From NCBI GenBank assembly GCA_964016885.1, contig OZ024745.1, forward strand, positions 68,448,001 through 68,512,000: a stretch of DNA of 64,000 bases, given 5' to 3'. The position numbers were made by a program, and so were the translations under genes. This stretch comes from Eledone cirrhosa (Eukaryota). The notes under the pieces were generated by a model. The model was not told where the DNA came from and did no database searches. It saw nothing but the letters and a program-made list of their open reading frames with translations. Below, in pieces: positions 1-13,659 of the stretch (positions are counted from its first letter, which is position 1; each line of letters opens with the position of its first letter).

Positions 1-1515
1 AGGGGTTCTCCTATATGGATATAAAGTAGTGGCCGTACTCGAAAACGAGTTGGCAGCCACCATGTGTGTGTGTATGTATATATATATATATCTTGCGGTT
101 TCATCGATATGTATGCCTTGCATTCTTTACCAGGATATTCACCTTTGTCATTTTCTATTGTGGAAGACAACATTATAGGTTACGAATTTGATAGAAGTTG
201 TTTGTTGAATTTTAAATATCATATGTTTTTATAATTTAATTAACAAAATATTTATCTGCTTGTAACATTAATCTATAATTGATATTTTTTATGATGGAAA
301 AGAATAGCGATGAAATAGACTTTTACATCCTGACTTGCTATAACAGCTTGTCTTATTAAAGAATATATAAACCACCAATATTCTTTTCATAGTGATGTTT
401 TTTATTTTATCAACAAATCATCTATTGTTTATATCACTAGATACAGGCCAATTTCCACTCTCTTAAATCCCATAAGTAATCAGTTTGATCACCAGATTTT
501 TCCTACAACCGCCTGCCTAGAGAAGTTCAAAACTACTCGATCTCATTAACGCAATAGTTTAGAGATCTAAGTCACATTCCCACGCTTGCAATTCTCAGTC
601 ACGTCCCATTTTAAATTTTCTCCTAGCAATTCTCCCCCCCCCCCCGAACACCAAGCTTTTCAAACTACAATAATTCCCTCGTTTGAAATTGGATCAAACT
701 TGAAGCAGAAGTACTTTTTGAACACCTGCTTCATGCTCTCCTTTTAATAAATGTCTCTCCCGAAGAAGTCTCAAAACTTCCTGAATGCACCTTGGACAAT
801 ATAAACTATTCTTTCCAGGTTTGAAGTCCTCTCCAATTACTCAATTACTCCCTTGGCTAAACTTTTTCACTTGGGATTTGAAATTCTTTCTCTGTAAATG
901 GAATGTCTCCTGTTTGAGAATCATCTGACATTTTAAAGTCCTGTTAGAGTCTAACGACTTACAAATGTCAGGTGCTGCCTTTGACTAAAAAATAAAAATA
1001 AAAAACATTCAAGGTGAATTATTCTAGTCATTCATCACAGTCGTTGCAAATGTCACTTTCACACATTACATTGTAATCCGAGAGAATTATAGCATGTCAT
1101 TCGACCGAATATCAATAATGACAGTACTTTTTAATGACATAGTGATGCAGCTTAATAAAACAAACATTTATATTGTTTTCTAAATATTAGCATATATATA
1201 AATATAAATATCGTATAATTCTAATAAAGACTACATTTTAAAATAAATGCAATCAAAATTACTGGCGATTAAATTATTCACTGTGCTAGTTCAAGTAATT
1301 TACATACTCTACATACTCATGTTCTTTATATTGCATATAGTGAATTGACAGATACGTTAGAACGTGAAGTAGAATACATTAGGATGTGTATTTCAGAGCT
1401 CTGCCCTCTACTTTCAAATCACTGCATCACCACTGCTGTCAGATTTACTCTTCATGATTTCAGGGTCGCCAATCTAACAGTCCAATACTGGGGTAGAGTC
1501 TACACCCTTTCTCTT

Positions 1516-1613
<98 letters not shown>

Positions 1614-2975
1614 CATACACACATACACACACACTCTCGCTCTCCCTCGAATTCTCACTCTGGATAAGGGATGAGTTCCGCCAGCTTTACAATAACCAAG
1701 ACGGCGACAATATGACCATATGACTAACAAGTGTTCAAAACCCATGGAATGAATTATACTTATCTACCGCAAACAATGTATATATAGTATATTTTAGTTC
1801 CCCGTTGTAACATTTAAACTCTATTTCAAATTAACCAACTTCATCATTAGCACAGTGAAGGCAGGTTGACTACTGCTTACCATAAGGATGTGTTTTCCAG
1901 TCCCAGATAAGATGGCGCGTTGTGTCCTTGTGTATGACACTTTATTTCACATTCAGTTTACTCATCTGAATATGAGTACCAGCGGCAGCTGGAGGTTATT
2001 TCATCGACTGATTAGCGTCCCGTAAAGAGAATGCGTCCCGTAAAGAAGATTCCCAGTAACGAGGATTAGTGTTGTATTCCCAGTTGATTAACTCCCATGA
2101 AACTGGAATAAATTCTAAGTTACATTCATCGCATGCAAGTATGGAGAAATGGACATAAAAAAAAAAATTAATTCAGGATCAAAATTTATCGAACAAAACA
2201 CTTTCGACAAGACATGGCGGCCATTTTTATTTATTTATTTTTTCACATATCTTATTCTGTATGTAATTTATCTAATGTCATTTCTGTCATTGTTAATAGT
2301 GCAATGTCTTCTAATAATGACAGTTATACAAGGCAATTTCCTTTTAGCACAAGAAGATTTTCAGAAAACGATATGGATACTTTTGTTAAAGTCATATTAA
2401 ATTAATTAAAATTTTTAACAACATCATACTATATAATCAGGTTTTGATATAAAATGAGTCCATTCAGTAGTGATACATAGTCGGTGAATATTTTTGTGTT
2501 AATGTTCTCAGTTGTCATTGTTTGGGCATACACGTTGAATACTATCATGATAATCCTGTTTAAAGAGAAAAGTGAAATATTTAGACATGGCCTGGGCCAA
2601 TACAGGCCGAAACCTATCAAAGTTATCAAAGTTAAGTTATATATGTCTCAAGAATTGTCTTTACATACTTGTATGCATACATTCATACGTATATATATAA
2701 GTATATATAGGTTGATAAATATAGTAAGAGACTGCTAGATTAGTATAGCTTATATCAACATCTACATATAACTATATATCAAATGAAGATTGATTAGTAT
2801 AACAAATAAGTATAAATAATATATATATATATATATCTGCGCGTGTGTGTGTGTGTGTGTGTGCGTGTATTTATACATATAAATGTATATATACATAAAT
2901 ATATACATACATACACACACACACATATATATATATATTTACACACACAGAAACACACACGCATATATATATATA

Positions 2976-3576
2976 TTGCCGTTCCTGGGACTTTTACCGT
3001 TCGGTAAAAGCAATTGGAATAGGTAAATATTTAAATTATATTTTTAATTTATTTAAAAAAATTGTTTGAATCTTGCTTGCTCCGCTTATCTCAATATTAT
3101 AGTTCTGGTATGTCAAATTAATACCATAGAACAACCCTTGTATCATAGACACCCTATATATTTCCAGGGGTACTTAGTACCTGTGGGGATATTAACTTCT
3201 AATATTCTCCGTTATGTAGAGAACAAGTCTGTTGTTCTATTTAGCTGCTATTTTTAGTGGCGAGGTAGACAATACGTCTATGTTTACTTCCGCTTCTACT
3301 ACGGGCTGGTTCATGTATAGGTCAAATTTTCGGCCCCATTCGATCCTGTGCTAGCTGGCAGATAGCAATATATTTTGCCGTTCCTGGGACTTTTAGTCCT
3401 AGGAAAGGAAAATGCTTTCTGATGATCTAAACTTTTCCATTGGAGGTCCCCAGGGATCTCCAATCTTTTGTGAAGTGAAACCGTTCGGTAGAAGCAATTG
3501 GAATAGGTAAATATTTAAATTATATTTTTTAATTTATTTTAAAAAAATGTTTGAATCTTGCTTGCTCCGCTTATCT

Positions 3577-3580
<4 letters not shown>
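2976..3580 (+). mobile_element. Partially tandem HHR-bearing PLE-type terminal repeat between (TA)n tracts
   Basis: 2976-3097 is repeated at 3375-3580. The first copy lacks the ribozyme core and the second contains a type I hammerhead. Confidence 0.7.
3413..3496 (+). ncRNA. Type I hammerhead ribozyme (GUA site)
   Basis: tgcttt-CTGATGA-[long stem II with attggaggtccc/gggatctccaat]-GAAA-ccg tt cgg-TA-gaagca. Stem I tgcttt/gaagca. Confidence 0.8.
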
Positions 3581-3650
<70 letters not shown>

Positions 3651-3652
<2 letters not shown>

Positions 3653-3846
3653 CAAAGGAATTGTGGTAAGGAACCAGATGGACCATAACGCACCAGAGTA
3701 CTCAATACTTAGGGTAGTAGAGTGGGAAATAGGAAAAAGTATGACCCCGACGGCAGAACTCAAGCTGTTTCGACGGTTATTTCTGGACTGAGTCCAGAAA
3801 TAGCCGTCGAAACGGCTTGAGCTCTGCCGTCGGGGTCATACTTTTA

Positions 3847-3850
<4 letters not shown>
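3651..3850 (-). mobile_element. Solo fold-back 3' terminus of the 36.3-40.1 kb PLE family (family A)
   Basis: Matches the reverse complement of 39955-40092, has an internal palindrome centred near 3790, and is flanked by (TA)n. Confidence 0.85.
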
Positions 3851-3901
<51 letters not shown>

Positions 3902-4231
3902 ATGTGTGTGTGTGTGTAGATAGATAGTGAGATTATGTTCTATAATAAATGCAAATTTCTATGCGTGTATTCGTGTGGTAAATATAAGTATGGTACTTAA
4001 ATATTCAAATAAATAAACCAAAAATCAAATATGCTGTTGCAAGCTATTATTGTTCTCCCGCCATAAAAGAAATGTTACCTTTTAATCATAAGCAATACGT
4101 TATCTTGAGTGCTCCTTGAATAGAAGCTATGGAGTATCCGGGAGTCGATTAAAAAATATGCTTTATTAAAAAATCGGTTCGGATTCGAATCTCATCGAAT
4201 GGATTGGGCTTGGTTGTTTCATCAATTGTTT

Positions 4232-4615
4232 CTACGTTTGGCAAAAACCAGCAAATTTTCAAAGGAAGGTAAAGTTGATGAAATCGACCCCACTATATTA
4301 CTGGTGCTTTATTTTATCGAACCTGTAAGGATGAAAGGTAATGTTAACCTAGGGGAGATTTGAACTCAGAACGTAAAGGGCCATAACTATATGCTGCAAA
4401 GAATGTTGTCCGACGCTCTAACGATACTGCATATTCACTGGACTTAATGGTTTCTGATTTAGGCACAAGGCCAACAATTTTGGGTGTGGCCAAAGCCGAT
4501 TAAATCGACTCCAGTGTATTACTGGTACAATATTTTGTCGACGTTGTAGTGATGATAGGCATAGCTAAAATCAATGGGATTTGAACTCAGAACGTAAAGG
4601 GCTGTAACTCAATTC
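4232..4615 (-). mobile_element. Two adjacent degenerate tRNA-derived SINEs
   Basis: Reverse-strand match to the SINE consensus (gatttgaactcaga B-box region, ttttatcgac...aaggatgaaagg core). Confidence 0.75.
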
Positions 4616-4731
4616 GTTCTGGCAAATTTCAGCCATAAGACATAGTAGAGTAGAAACTATAGTAGAAATCACTTTCCCAGTATGCTACAAAGTAGGAATA
4701 AACCGGAAAAATCTTGGTTGCAAAGCAAACT

Positions 4732-4834
<103 letters not shown>

Positions 4835-4928
4835 GTGTGTGTGTGTTCCGTACACATTGCATATTCTAAGCTTTTGAATTATTTTCGAACGTTCCAGATT
4901 TGGTGTTTACTTAATACCCAAGTATTTA

Positions 4929-5013
<85 letters not shown>

Positions 5014-5550
5014 GTATATAGAGAGAGCGAGCGAGCTTAGAATATGCAATGTGTACGGAACCCTGGACGTTTTGATCGGTTATTTTGGTATAATTTGTCT
5101 AAATAATTTATAAATATCAAAAATAGATACAACCCACCCCAAACACATCTCCTCAGCATTTCTACGAACTCTGCTCCATTTTAAGCTCAACTAACACCAT
5201 TTGTTTTATTGATGTGAAGGTAACAAGAAAATCATATCGATTTACGTTGGGTGGAAAATAATACAACACATCGATGTTTCACTCTGGCTCGTTTAGTTTT
5301 GATTATTAATTATTCATTATAGTGATTTAAACAATGGTCAATCTGGTCTGATCAGGTTATCTCATCGATTAGTCTATCACACAACATAAACCAAAACATG
5401 AAATCTAGTGATAAAAGCGGCTTGATTCTCAGAAGCTAATTTTCATTGTACAGTGAGACCACATCTTACGCAGTCTTAAATAGAGCAGTTTTGAATATAT
5501 GCGCTTAGAAACAGTTATTAAAAAAGCAGCAACATTTAAAGGCCTGTTCC

Positions 5551-6265
5551 ACAAGAGCAAGGAGAGAAGTAGAGTAAGGAGGGAAGGAGAGCAAAGAGAG
5601 CAAGGAGAGAAGGAGAGAAAGGAGAGCAAGGAGGGAAGGAGAGAAGGAGAGCAAGGCTAGAATGAGAGCAAGGAGAGCAGGGAGGTGGGGGTAGAAGGAG
5701 AGAAAGGAGAGAAGGAGAGGAAGGAGAGGAAAGAGAGCTAGGAGAGCAAGGAGGGAAGGGGAGCAAGGAGAGCAATGAGGGACGAAGAGCAAGGAGGGAA
5801 GGGGAGCAAGAAGAGCAAGACGAGAAGGCGAGCAAGGAGAGCAAGGAGAGCAGGGAGAGCAATGAGAGCAAAGAGAGAATGGGAGCATGGAGGAAAGGAA
5901 AGCAAGGAGAGGAGAGCAAGGCGAGAAGGAGAGCAAGGAGAACAAGGAGGGAAGGAGAGCAAGGAGAGCAAGGAGGGAAGGAGAGCAAGGAGGGAAGGGG
6001 AGAAAGAAGAGCAAGGCGAGCAAGGAGAGCAAGGCGAGTAAGGAGAGAAGGAGATCAAGGAGAGCAAGGAGAGAATGGGAGCATGGAGGAAAGGAGAGCA
6101 AGGAGGGAAGGAGAGCAAGTAGGGAAAGAAAGTAAAGCGAGCTAGGAGATGAGAGCAAGAAAAGGAGAGCAAGAAGAGGAGACCAAGGAGAGGAAATCAA
6201 GGAGAGCTAGGAGAGCAAGGGGGAAGGAGCGCTAGGAAAGAAGGAGAGCAAGGAAAGCAAGAAGG
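5551..6265. repeat. Purine-rich minisatellite, ~9-bp unit GGAGAGCAA/GGAGGGAA
   Basis: Degenerate tandem GGAGAGCAA units seen directly. These explain the overlapping low-complexity ORFs. Confidence 0.9.
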
Positions 6266-6839
6266 GTTGCTGGTCAGCCCTGATGGCATATGATCAAACG
6301 ACACACTGACGTTGACCATCTCGTCTTATTTCTTGGTACATTACTTCTTTTTCCATCGTGTGCCTTACTTTTATATGACGGTGTGGGTGATTTGTGGGAG
6401 TTGTGGCTGCGAGTGACCTCCAGGAGGATTCACTATTACTCCATAATGTAGTTTGTTAGAATATTATAGATCCTCAGTCAGTTCCGACGATGAGTATGCA
6501 GTTGCTTGATCAGATAAATAAGCAATTCGTAAACAAATCAAAACAAATCAAAATAAATAATCTCTATTTATAATTTTAATTAGTAACATTATGAATTGTA
6601 ATATACAAACAATCTAGCGTGTATTGAACATCTGTTTTAATTTTTACTATGTGGTGTTTTTGTCCGGTGGGATATTTCTTTTGTTGGGGATTTTTGTCAT
6701 GGACCGCCATGTCTCGACCTAAGTGTCACGTGTAAACGGCAGTAATTGCTTTAATACATGTTCAGGTATGAGAAGAGTAAATGAGGCTTCGTCAATATTA
6801 TTTTACTAGGAAATTACATTTTCTGCAGCATAGTATATA

Positions 6840-6903
<64 letters not shown>

Positions 6904-7132
6904 TCTCTCTCTCCCTCTCTCTCTCCCACTCTCTCTCCCCCTCTCTCTCACTCTCTCTCTTTCTCTCTCTTTCTCTCTCTATATATAGAAAAGAGAGGTG
7001 TATTTTATATGCATGTCCATATGAGATGGTGTATGCAAGCATGACTCTCCTATTGGGTGTATATATTTCATGTCTGTACATGTATGTATTCAATATGCTG
7101 ATTATCTGATCTATTGACATAACGGTATCTAC

Positions 7133-7167
<35 letters not shown>

Positions 7168-7175
7168 GAAAGGGC

Positions 7176-7343
<168 letters not shown>

Positions 7344-7413
7344 GTGTACTAGCCTGCTTTTAAAATTCCCTTTCTGGCATATTTTAGCAGTGCCTTTTGG
7401 TTATCGTGTTTGA

Positions 7414-7494
7414 GCTCTACTGATGAACGACTCCAACTGTAACTAACCCCACTGAAAAGTTTCGTGAAATAGTCTTTTTAAGACTATATAGAGC
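7414..7494 (+). ncRNA. Type I hammerhead ribozyme (AUA site)
   Basis: gctcta-CTGATGA-acga...tcgt-GAAA-tagtctt ttt aagacta-TA-tagagc. All three stems pair. Confidence 0.9.
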
Positions 7495-7762
7495 ATTTGT
7501 AGTTTTTCCAAATTGAAGGATGAGTATTTAACCTTAATTATATTCTGAGTTAAGACTCTATTGATTTTTTCCATGGTTTTCACAAAATCTGTGGATAAAT
7601 TTCTGTCTTGACTTTTTTTAAAATTGAGTTTGAATTATTTTCCCATATCTTACGTTAAATATTTTCCATCTTGACGTTATAGTCACTTATATATTATGAA
7701 ATACTGTTGGCTTCTTGCTCACCTTAATTTCTCTATTTTCATTTATATATATATTGTTATAT

Positions 7763-7807
<45 letters not shown>

Positions 7808-8174
7808 ATTGGATACTTAGTAAAATCGAATCTCTGGTGGTTTGCAAGAAAATTCGGCCTACTATAGGAAATGAGTTAGCAAAGCACTCGACAAGGTAGG
7901 TCCTTAGAGTAATAACATACGTTTAAATAGCTTGACAAATTGAACATTGTGGTAGGCAAAATCTAACACACAATATACCAAAGTAACGAAAGAACTAACA
8001 GATTGAGAAAAATACACCTGGACAAATCAAACGTTATACGTTTAAAGTATTTCTATGAATCCGAAATCAAATACTTACTTATATATGTGAAAATAAAAAA
8101 CAACAACACAGGAGTATAAGTTACGAAAGGTATTAGGCTCACGCTCATTGAAAGTGGGGTGTGTGTGTGTGTGC

Positions 8175-8204
8175 GACGTTTCGGGCATAAGCCCTTCATC
8201 AGGA
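8175..8204 (-). ncRNA. Minimal hammerhead core (stem I not recoverable)
   Basis: Reverse strand reads CTGATGA-a-gggc ttat gccc-GAAAC-GTC, with palindromic stem III ACGT. The 3' side runs into (CA)n. Confidence 0.55.
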
Positions 8205-8585
8205 GAGTGGTAGGAAGGAGAAGGAGGAACTCCGAGAGGGAGTAAGAGGGGGAGATAGTGGAAAAAAATGATAAAACATGAGTTGGAAAATAAAAGTTAA
8301 CAACAAGTGGTGAAAAGATGTGAGGCGTGTAGAAGTGGTGGTGTGTGGGGGTGGTTGGAGGGGGAGGGCGGGGAGTGCGGAAGGTGGGGTATGTGTGTAG
8401 GTGTACCGTGTGTGTGTATGCGTGGACGTAAGTGTGCGTGACTGGGGGGAGAGCTGAGTTGCATGCTTGGCCTTAGGAGTGATCTCTGTAGATAACTAAA
8501 GAAGGGATTGTCCTCCACTTGTGCTTTCCTTCTATTTTTAAATACACTTTATCACATAACCACAGCTCCCTGTTTCTTCCAAATT

Positions 8586-9258
8586 TGTATCATATGTTAT
8601 TGCTTTCTTCGTATTCCCACTGCATTTTCAGTTACCTTAAATAGCAACTACACAACCATTTCTATTCTCCATATATTTCATAATGTGTTTCGCTGTAACC
8701 ATTCTTCTCTCCCCTTCTACCTTCCTATTTCGCCACTTTCTACTCTCACCCCTCTTTCTTCCCCTCCCATTCTCCCTATCTACTCTTACCCCCACTTTCT
8801 TCCTCTCCCTTTCTCCCTCTCACTTTCACCCCCTCGTCTGACCGTTTAGCAGTTCTCTTCTCACTTACAACTGCGGTGATCAGACGTGTGTCTTTTCTCT
8901 CGATTACTCGGTCTCGAACTTAAGTTCTATTATCGAGTGGTCTTGGATTTCCTACCTATAGTTGCTCGCACATTGCTCGGTTTGTTGTGTTTTTTTTCGC
9001 TGTTTTGTTACTGTTTTCTCTTTTCTTCCCTTTTGCTTTCCTTCCCTCCCTCCTTCGTTTTCCCTATAACTTATCCAGTCATTGACGCCCTGAGGTGAGA
9101 TTTCTTGTCTTTAAAGCGTAGAAATATCCTAGATCCTCAGTAGACAACTGATGAGGAAAATCCCCCCCCCCCCGTTCTTGCTTTCTTCGAATTCCCACTG
9201 CATTTTAGTTACCTTAAATAGCAACTACACAGCCATTTCTATTCTCCATTTATTTCAT

Positions 9259-9262
<4 letters not shown>
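8586..9262 (+). mobile_element. Non-coding partially tandem repeat, family J (monomer ~580 nt), carrying a permuted hammerhead
   Basis: 8600-8683 is repeated at 9178-9260. A homologous copy lies on the minus strand at ~13660-14170. Ends in (TA)n. Confidence 0.8.
9085..9154 (+). ncRNA. Candidate non-circularly permuted hammerhead (family J)
   Basis: acgc-c-ctgagg-tga-gatt-TC-ttgtct-ttaaa-gcgt-a-GAAA-tatc-ctagat-cctcag-t-agacaa-CTGATGA. Confidence 0.65.
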
Positions 9263-9319
<57 letters not shown>

Positions 9320-9906
9320 AAATGATATGAAACGAAAGGAGCTGTGTGGTTACTAAAAACAAGGTTTAGGATGGTGATTAGGACGGAACAGGAAGAGAAA
9401 GGAAGAAAGGAGTTTCCATCGTTAGCTGTAAATGTTTCCCGATCCGATGTTTCGGCGCTGAATTTCAGGACATCGGTGTAGTTCGGATGCTCCCGAAGCC
9501 TTTTATTAATTAGAAGACCAGGTGGAAAAGGAGAGAGAAAGAGAGAAAAAAATTTGAGAAAAAAGGAGAGAGAAAAGGAAAGAGAGGGAAAGGAGGAAGA
9601 ACAGGGGGGGGGGAAATAGGAAAGGAATAGGAGAAAAAAAAGTGTAGAGGTCTACACAGGTGAAAGAAACATGCAAAAAAGTAACCGTGGAAAAATAGGG
9701 AAAGTAAGTTGTGGCCGACCTGGGAGACTTTCGCCTGGTGGTCAGCTACGACTCAGAGCTGGTATAATCGTGCTGCCTCTCACATAGACAGGAGAAAGTG
9801 AGAGAGAGACACGGGCAACCAAAAGTGAGGAGAAGGGAAAGGGATATAATCCAGAAGGGTTTTTTTTACGACGGTATGTATGTATGTATATAAATGTGTA
9901 TGTATG

Positions 9907-9957
<51 letters not shown>

Positions 9958-9980
9958 GTATATATATACATATATACATA

Positions 9981-10040
<60 letters not shown>

Positions 10041-10044
10041 TATG

Positions 10045-10122
<78 letters not shown>

Positions 10123-10125
10123 CAT

Positions 10126-10200
<75 letters not shown>

Positions 10201-10201
10201 G

Positions 10202-10232
<31 letters not shown>

Positions 10233-10282
10233 CTTTGTGTGTGTGTGTGTGTATTTAGCGTATTTATATATATCCATCTATA

Positions 10283-10930
10283 TCTAGGGCGGGTAAAACC
10301 CCGAGATCCAAGGACGAGTTCTCTCCAGCGGTCTCTGTCCTTCATCATTGCCGCCATGTCCTGCGTCTCCCAGAGACCAGTGTCTGCCCTTAGCGCATCA
10401 ATATGTGTCAACCTCGGTCTCCCTCTTCTATTGTCTCCGTGTAGGTGCTCCCACTGCAGCACTGAGTGCAGTGTCAACTTTGAATATCGGTGAGCATGTC
10501 CAGCTAACCTCAGTCTCCTTTGTGTTAATTTCAAGCTGTGTTTTGGCAGGCTCACGATGAAAATGAATGAGATTAAGTTGAAGTATCTGGTAGAGAACAT
10601 TAAGAAGCCAGAGAAGATTATGAATGTAAGCGGGAAGCCGGTAGAGTTGATTGAGTACTTCCTGTGTCTGGGAGCAAAGATTGGTAACACAGAGGATAAT
10701 CTAGTTGAGAGGAAGAGCAAAGCCTGGGCGGCGTGCCACAGTTTGAGATCGGTGTGGAAGTCGGACCTTCGTAAAGACCTGAAGATCCGTCTCTTCGTTG
10801 CTACAGTGGAGTTTGTTCTACGGGTCTGAGATTTGGATATTAACCAAGAAACTCACTCAGATGGTGGATGGGTGCTACACGAGAATGCTGAGGATGGCTC
10901 TGAGCATGAATCAGTATACACAGAGGATGA
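10283..10930 (-). mobile_element. RTE-clade LINE 3' fragment with 5' inversion
   Basis: Minus 10555-10283 encodes the RTE C-terminus (RRLRLAGH...[18 protein letters not shown]...DRDRWRELV). Plus 10557-10930 encodes the upstream part (FLCLGAKI...[14 protein letters not shown]...[10 protein letters not shown]...GCYTRMLRMAL). Confidence 0.85.
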
Positions 10931-10972
10931 AGATTTATATATATATAAAAGATGAGTATTGACGTACATGGG

Positions 10973-11392
10973 AGGTTATCCAGACCACTGTGCTACCATT
11001 ACACCAACACATCACCCGTCTTCTTCCATTCAAATTAGAAGCTATAATCTTAGCAACTGTAATGTCAAGTAAGAATATTTTCGAAACAGCGAGCGAGTTT
11101 GAAATTATAAATTTAAGCTATCGCCGTATTTTGACTAAAGAAATTAAAGAAATTATTTAGCCTGATAGTGGGGTTAAGAACCCCCGGGTAAATGGAAAAA
11201 GATGAGCATTGACGTACATGTACGTCAATACAGTCAAAATACGGCGATAGCTTAAATTTATAATTTCAAACTCGCTCGCTGTTTCGAAAATATTCTTACT
11301 TGACATTACAGTTGCTAAGATTATAGCTTCTAATTTGAATGGAAGAAGACAGGTGATGTGTTGATGTAATGGTAGCACAGTGGTCTGGATAA

Positions 11393-11394
<2 letters not shown>
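10973..11394. repeat. Inverted repeat element (~163-bp arms) in (TA)n, probably a PLE-type fold-back terminus
   Basis: 10973-11136 is the near-perfect reverse complement of 11232-11394. Confidence 0.8.
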
Positions 11395-11443
<49 letters not shown>

Positions 11444-11889
11444 CATATATATATATATATCAATATATATATATATATATACATACATCCATATATAAAT
11501 ATATATAAATGTCTCTCTCTCAATATATATATACATATATACATAAATATATATATATATATATATGGATGTATGTATATATATATATTTGTGTGTGTGT
11601 GTGTGTGTGTGTGTAAACGTGTATGTATATGTTTGTCAATGTTAACACGAGTAAAGAGAAAACATGATGAATGCATACTATGAAATATTAATTCCCAACA
11701 AAATCAATATCTTTGTTCTAAGCGGCAATGCATTAATTCATATAATAATGTGTGATGAAAGAAACTACTTTATAATCAGTTGTATATATACTAACACTAC
11801 ATATACTAAGAATATATACACCCGGAACATATACATAAGAGCCAATAGAATTAATTCATGTAATGTGTGTGAAACGTACACACTTCATA

Positions 11890-12005
<116 letters not shown>

Positions 12006-12050
12006 CATACATACATATAAATATATATAAATATATATACACATATGTAT

Positions 12051-12132
<82 letters not shown>

Positions 12133-12337
12133 GTGTATATATATATATGTATATATATTTATATTTATATTTATATATATATATATATATACATATGTGT
12201 ATATATATAAATATATTTACACATATGTATATATATATATATATATATATAAATATATATATATTTGGAAGATCACTGATGAAGGACTAATTCTATTCAT
12301 ATGTAACCCATGTGCAACCACGCAGCACTCCATTTTT

Positions 12338-12377
<40 letters not shown>

Positions 12378-12635
12378 TGCATATATTTCCACTATACACA
12401 TGCGTACACTATATATATATGCACACCCACAACGTATATGTATAAATACACCTGCAATATAAACTGGGCGGCTACAAAATTAATTCATGTAATAATGTTA
12501 TGAAGGAGCATAATTTATAATCAGTTTTGTGAGTGTATATATATATATATATAGACCCACAATATATACTAAATATGTATACACCCACGACATATGCTAA
12601 ACAACAATAGATGAAGTCATGTGGTAGAAGAATGC

Positions 12636-12661
<26 letters not shown>

Positions 12662-12668
<7 letters not shown>

Positions 12669-13148
12669 AAATGGGGAGAAGAATACTGCATGGTTGCACA
12701 TGGATAACATGTTATAAAATGAGTCCCTCATCAGTGATTTACCAACGGTCATAGGTATTTCATTGCATTAAAAATCATATACCTCACGTTGGCGCAATAA
12801 TAACTAAAATAAGTTATTAGGACAATTAAAACGCGTAAAGCGAGTGAGACAAGTAAACAACACAGAGGAAAGCTAACCGAAGATAGGAAAGACACAAGCT
12901 ACATAGTTATTCTATCAGTATAAGCTGGGTGAATATATGAGCGAGTAGAAAATAGACCTTTCGAGATGAATCCAATGTAAGAAAGAAGGAAAATCGTTAA
13001 CATCGCGAACGGGGGGAAGTGAGAAGGGGAGAAACCGTGAGTGAGTGAGTGGAAGTGTGAGGAAGAGGTCAGTAGAGAGAAAGTGTTAACTGACATGACA
13101 GAGGGGACGAGAGAAAGTAAGAGAAACAGAGAGAACGGGGGAGCAGTA

Positions 13149-13226
<78 letters not shown>

Positions 13227-13565
13227 AAATCGCAGTTTAGGTAAATATATGTGAAAAAATGGGGAGAAGAATACTGCATGGTTGCACATGGATAACATGT
13301 TATACAATGAGTCCCTCATCAGTGATTTACCAACGGTCATAGGTATTTCATTGCATTAAAAATCATATACCTCACGTTGGCGCAATAATAACTAAAATAA
13401 GTTATTAGGACAATTAAAACGCGTAAAGCGAGTGAGACAAGTAAACAACACAGAGGAAAGCTAACCGAAGATAGGAAAGACACAAGCTACATAGTTATTC
13501 TATCAGTATAAGCTGGGTGAATATATGAGCGAGTAGAAAATAGACCTTTCGAGATGAATCCAATA
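12662..13565 (-). mobile_element. Family I non-coding tandem element (~1.5 monomers, period 588) with two permuted hammerheads
   Basis: 12662-12977 is repeated at 13250-13565. Motifs at 12728-12797 and 13316-13385. (TA)n on both flanks. Confidence 0.85.
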
Positions 13566-13659
13566 TATATATACATATATATATATGGAAATAAATGGAA
13601 TGTTAGGTATATTTTATGTTGTGGGTGTGTATATATATATATATATATATATATTAAAA

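Noticed and set aside
5429-6200. Overlapping 80-230 aa ORFs on both strands
   Set aside because: They arise from a stop-poor GA-rich minisatellite.
9320-9870. Decayed PLE 3' end with hammerhead remnant on the minus strand
   Set aside because: Only GAAA-catcg..cgatg and weak CLCE-like residues remain and the core is lost, so it is too degenerate to call.
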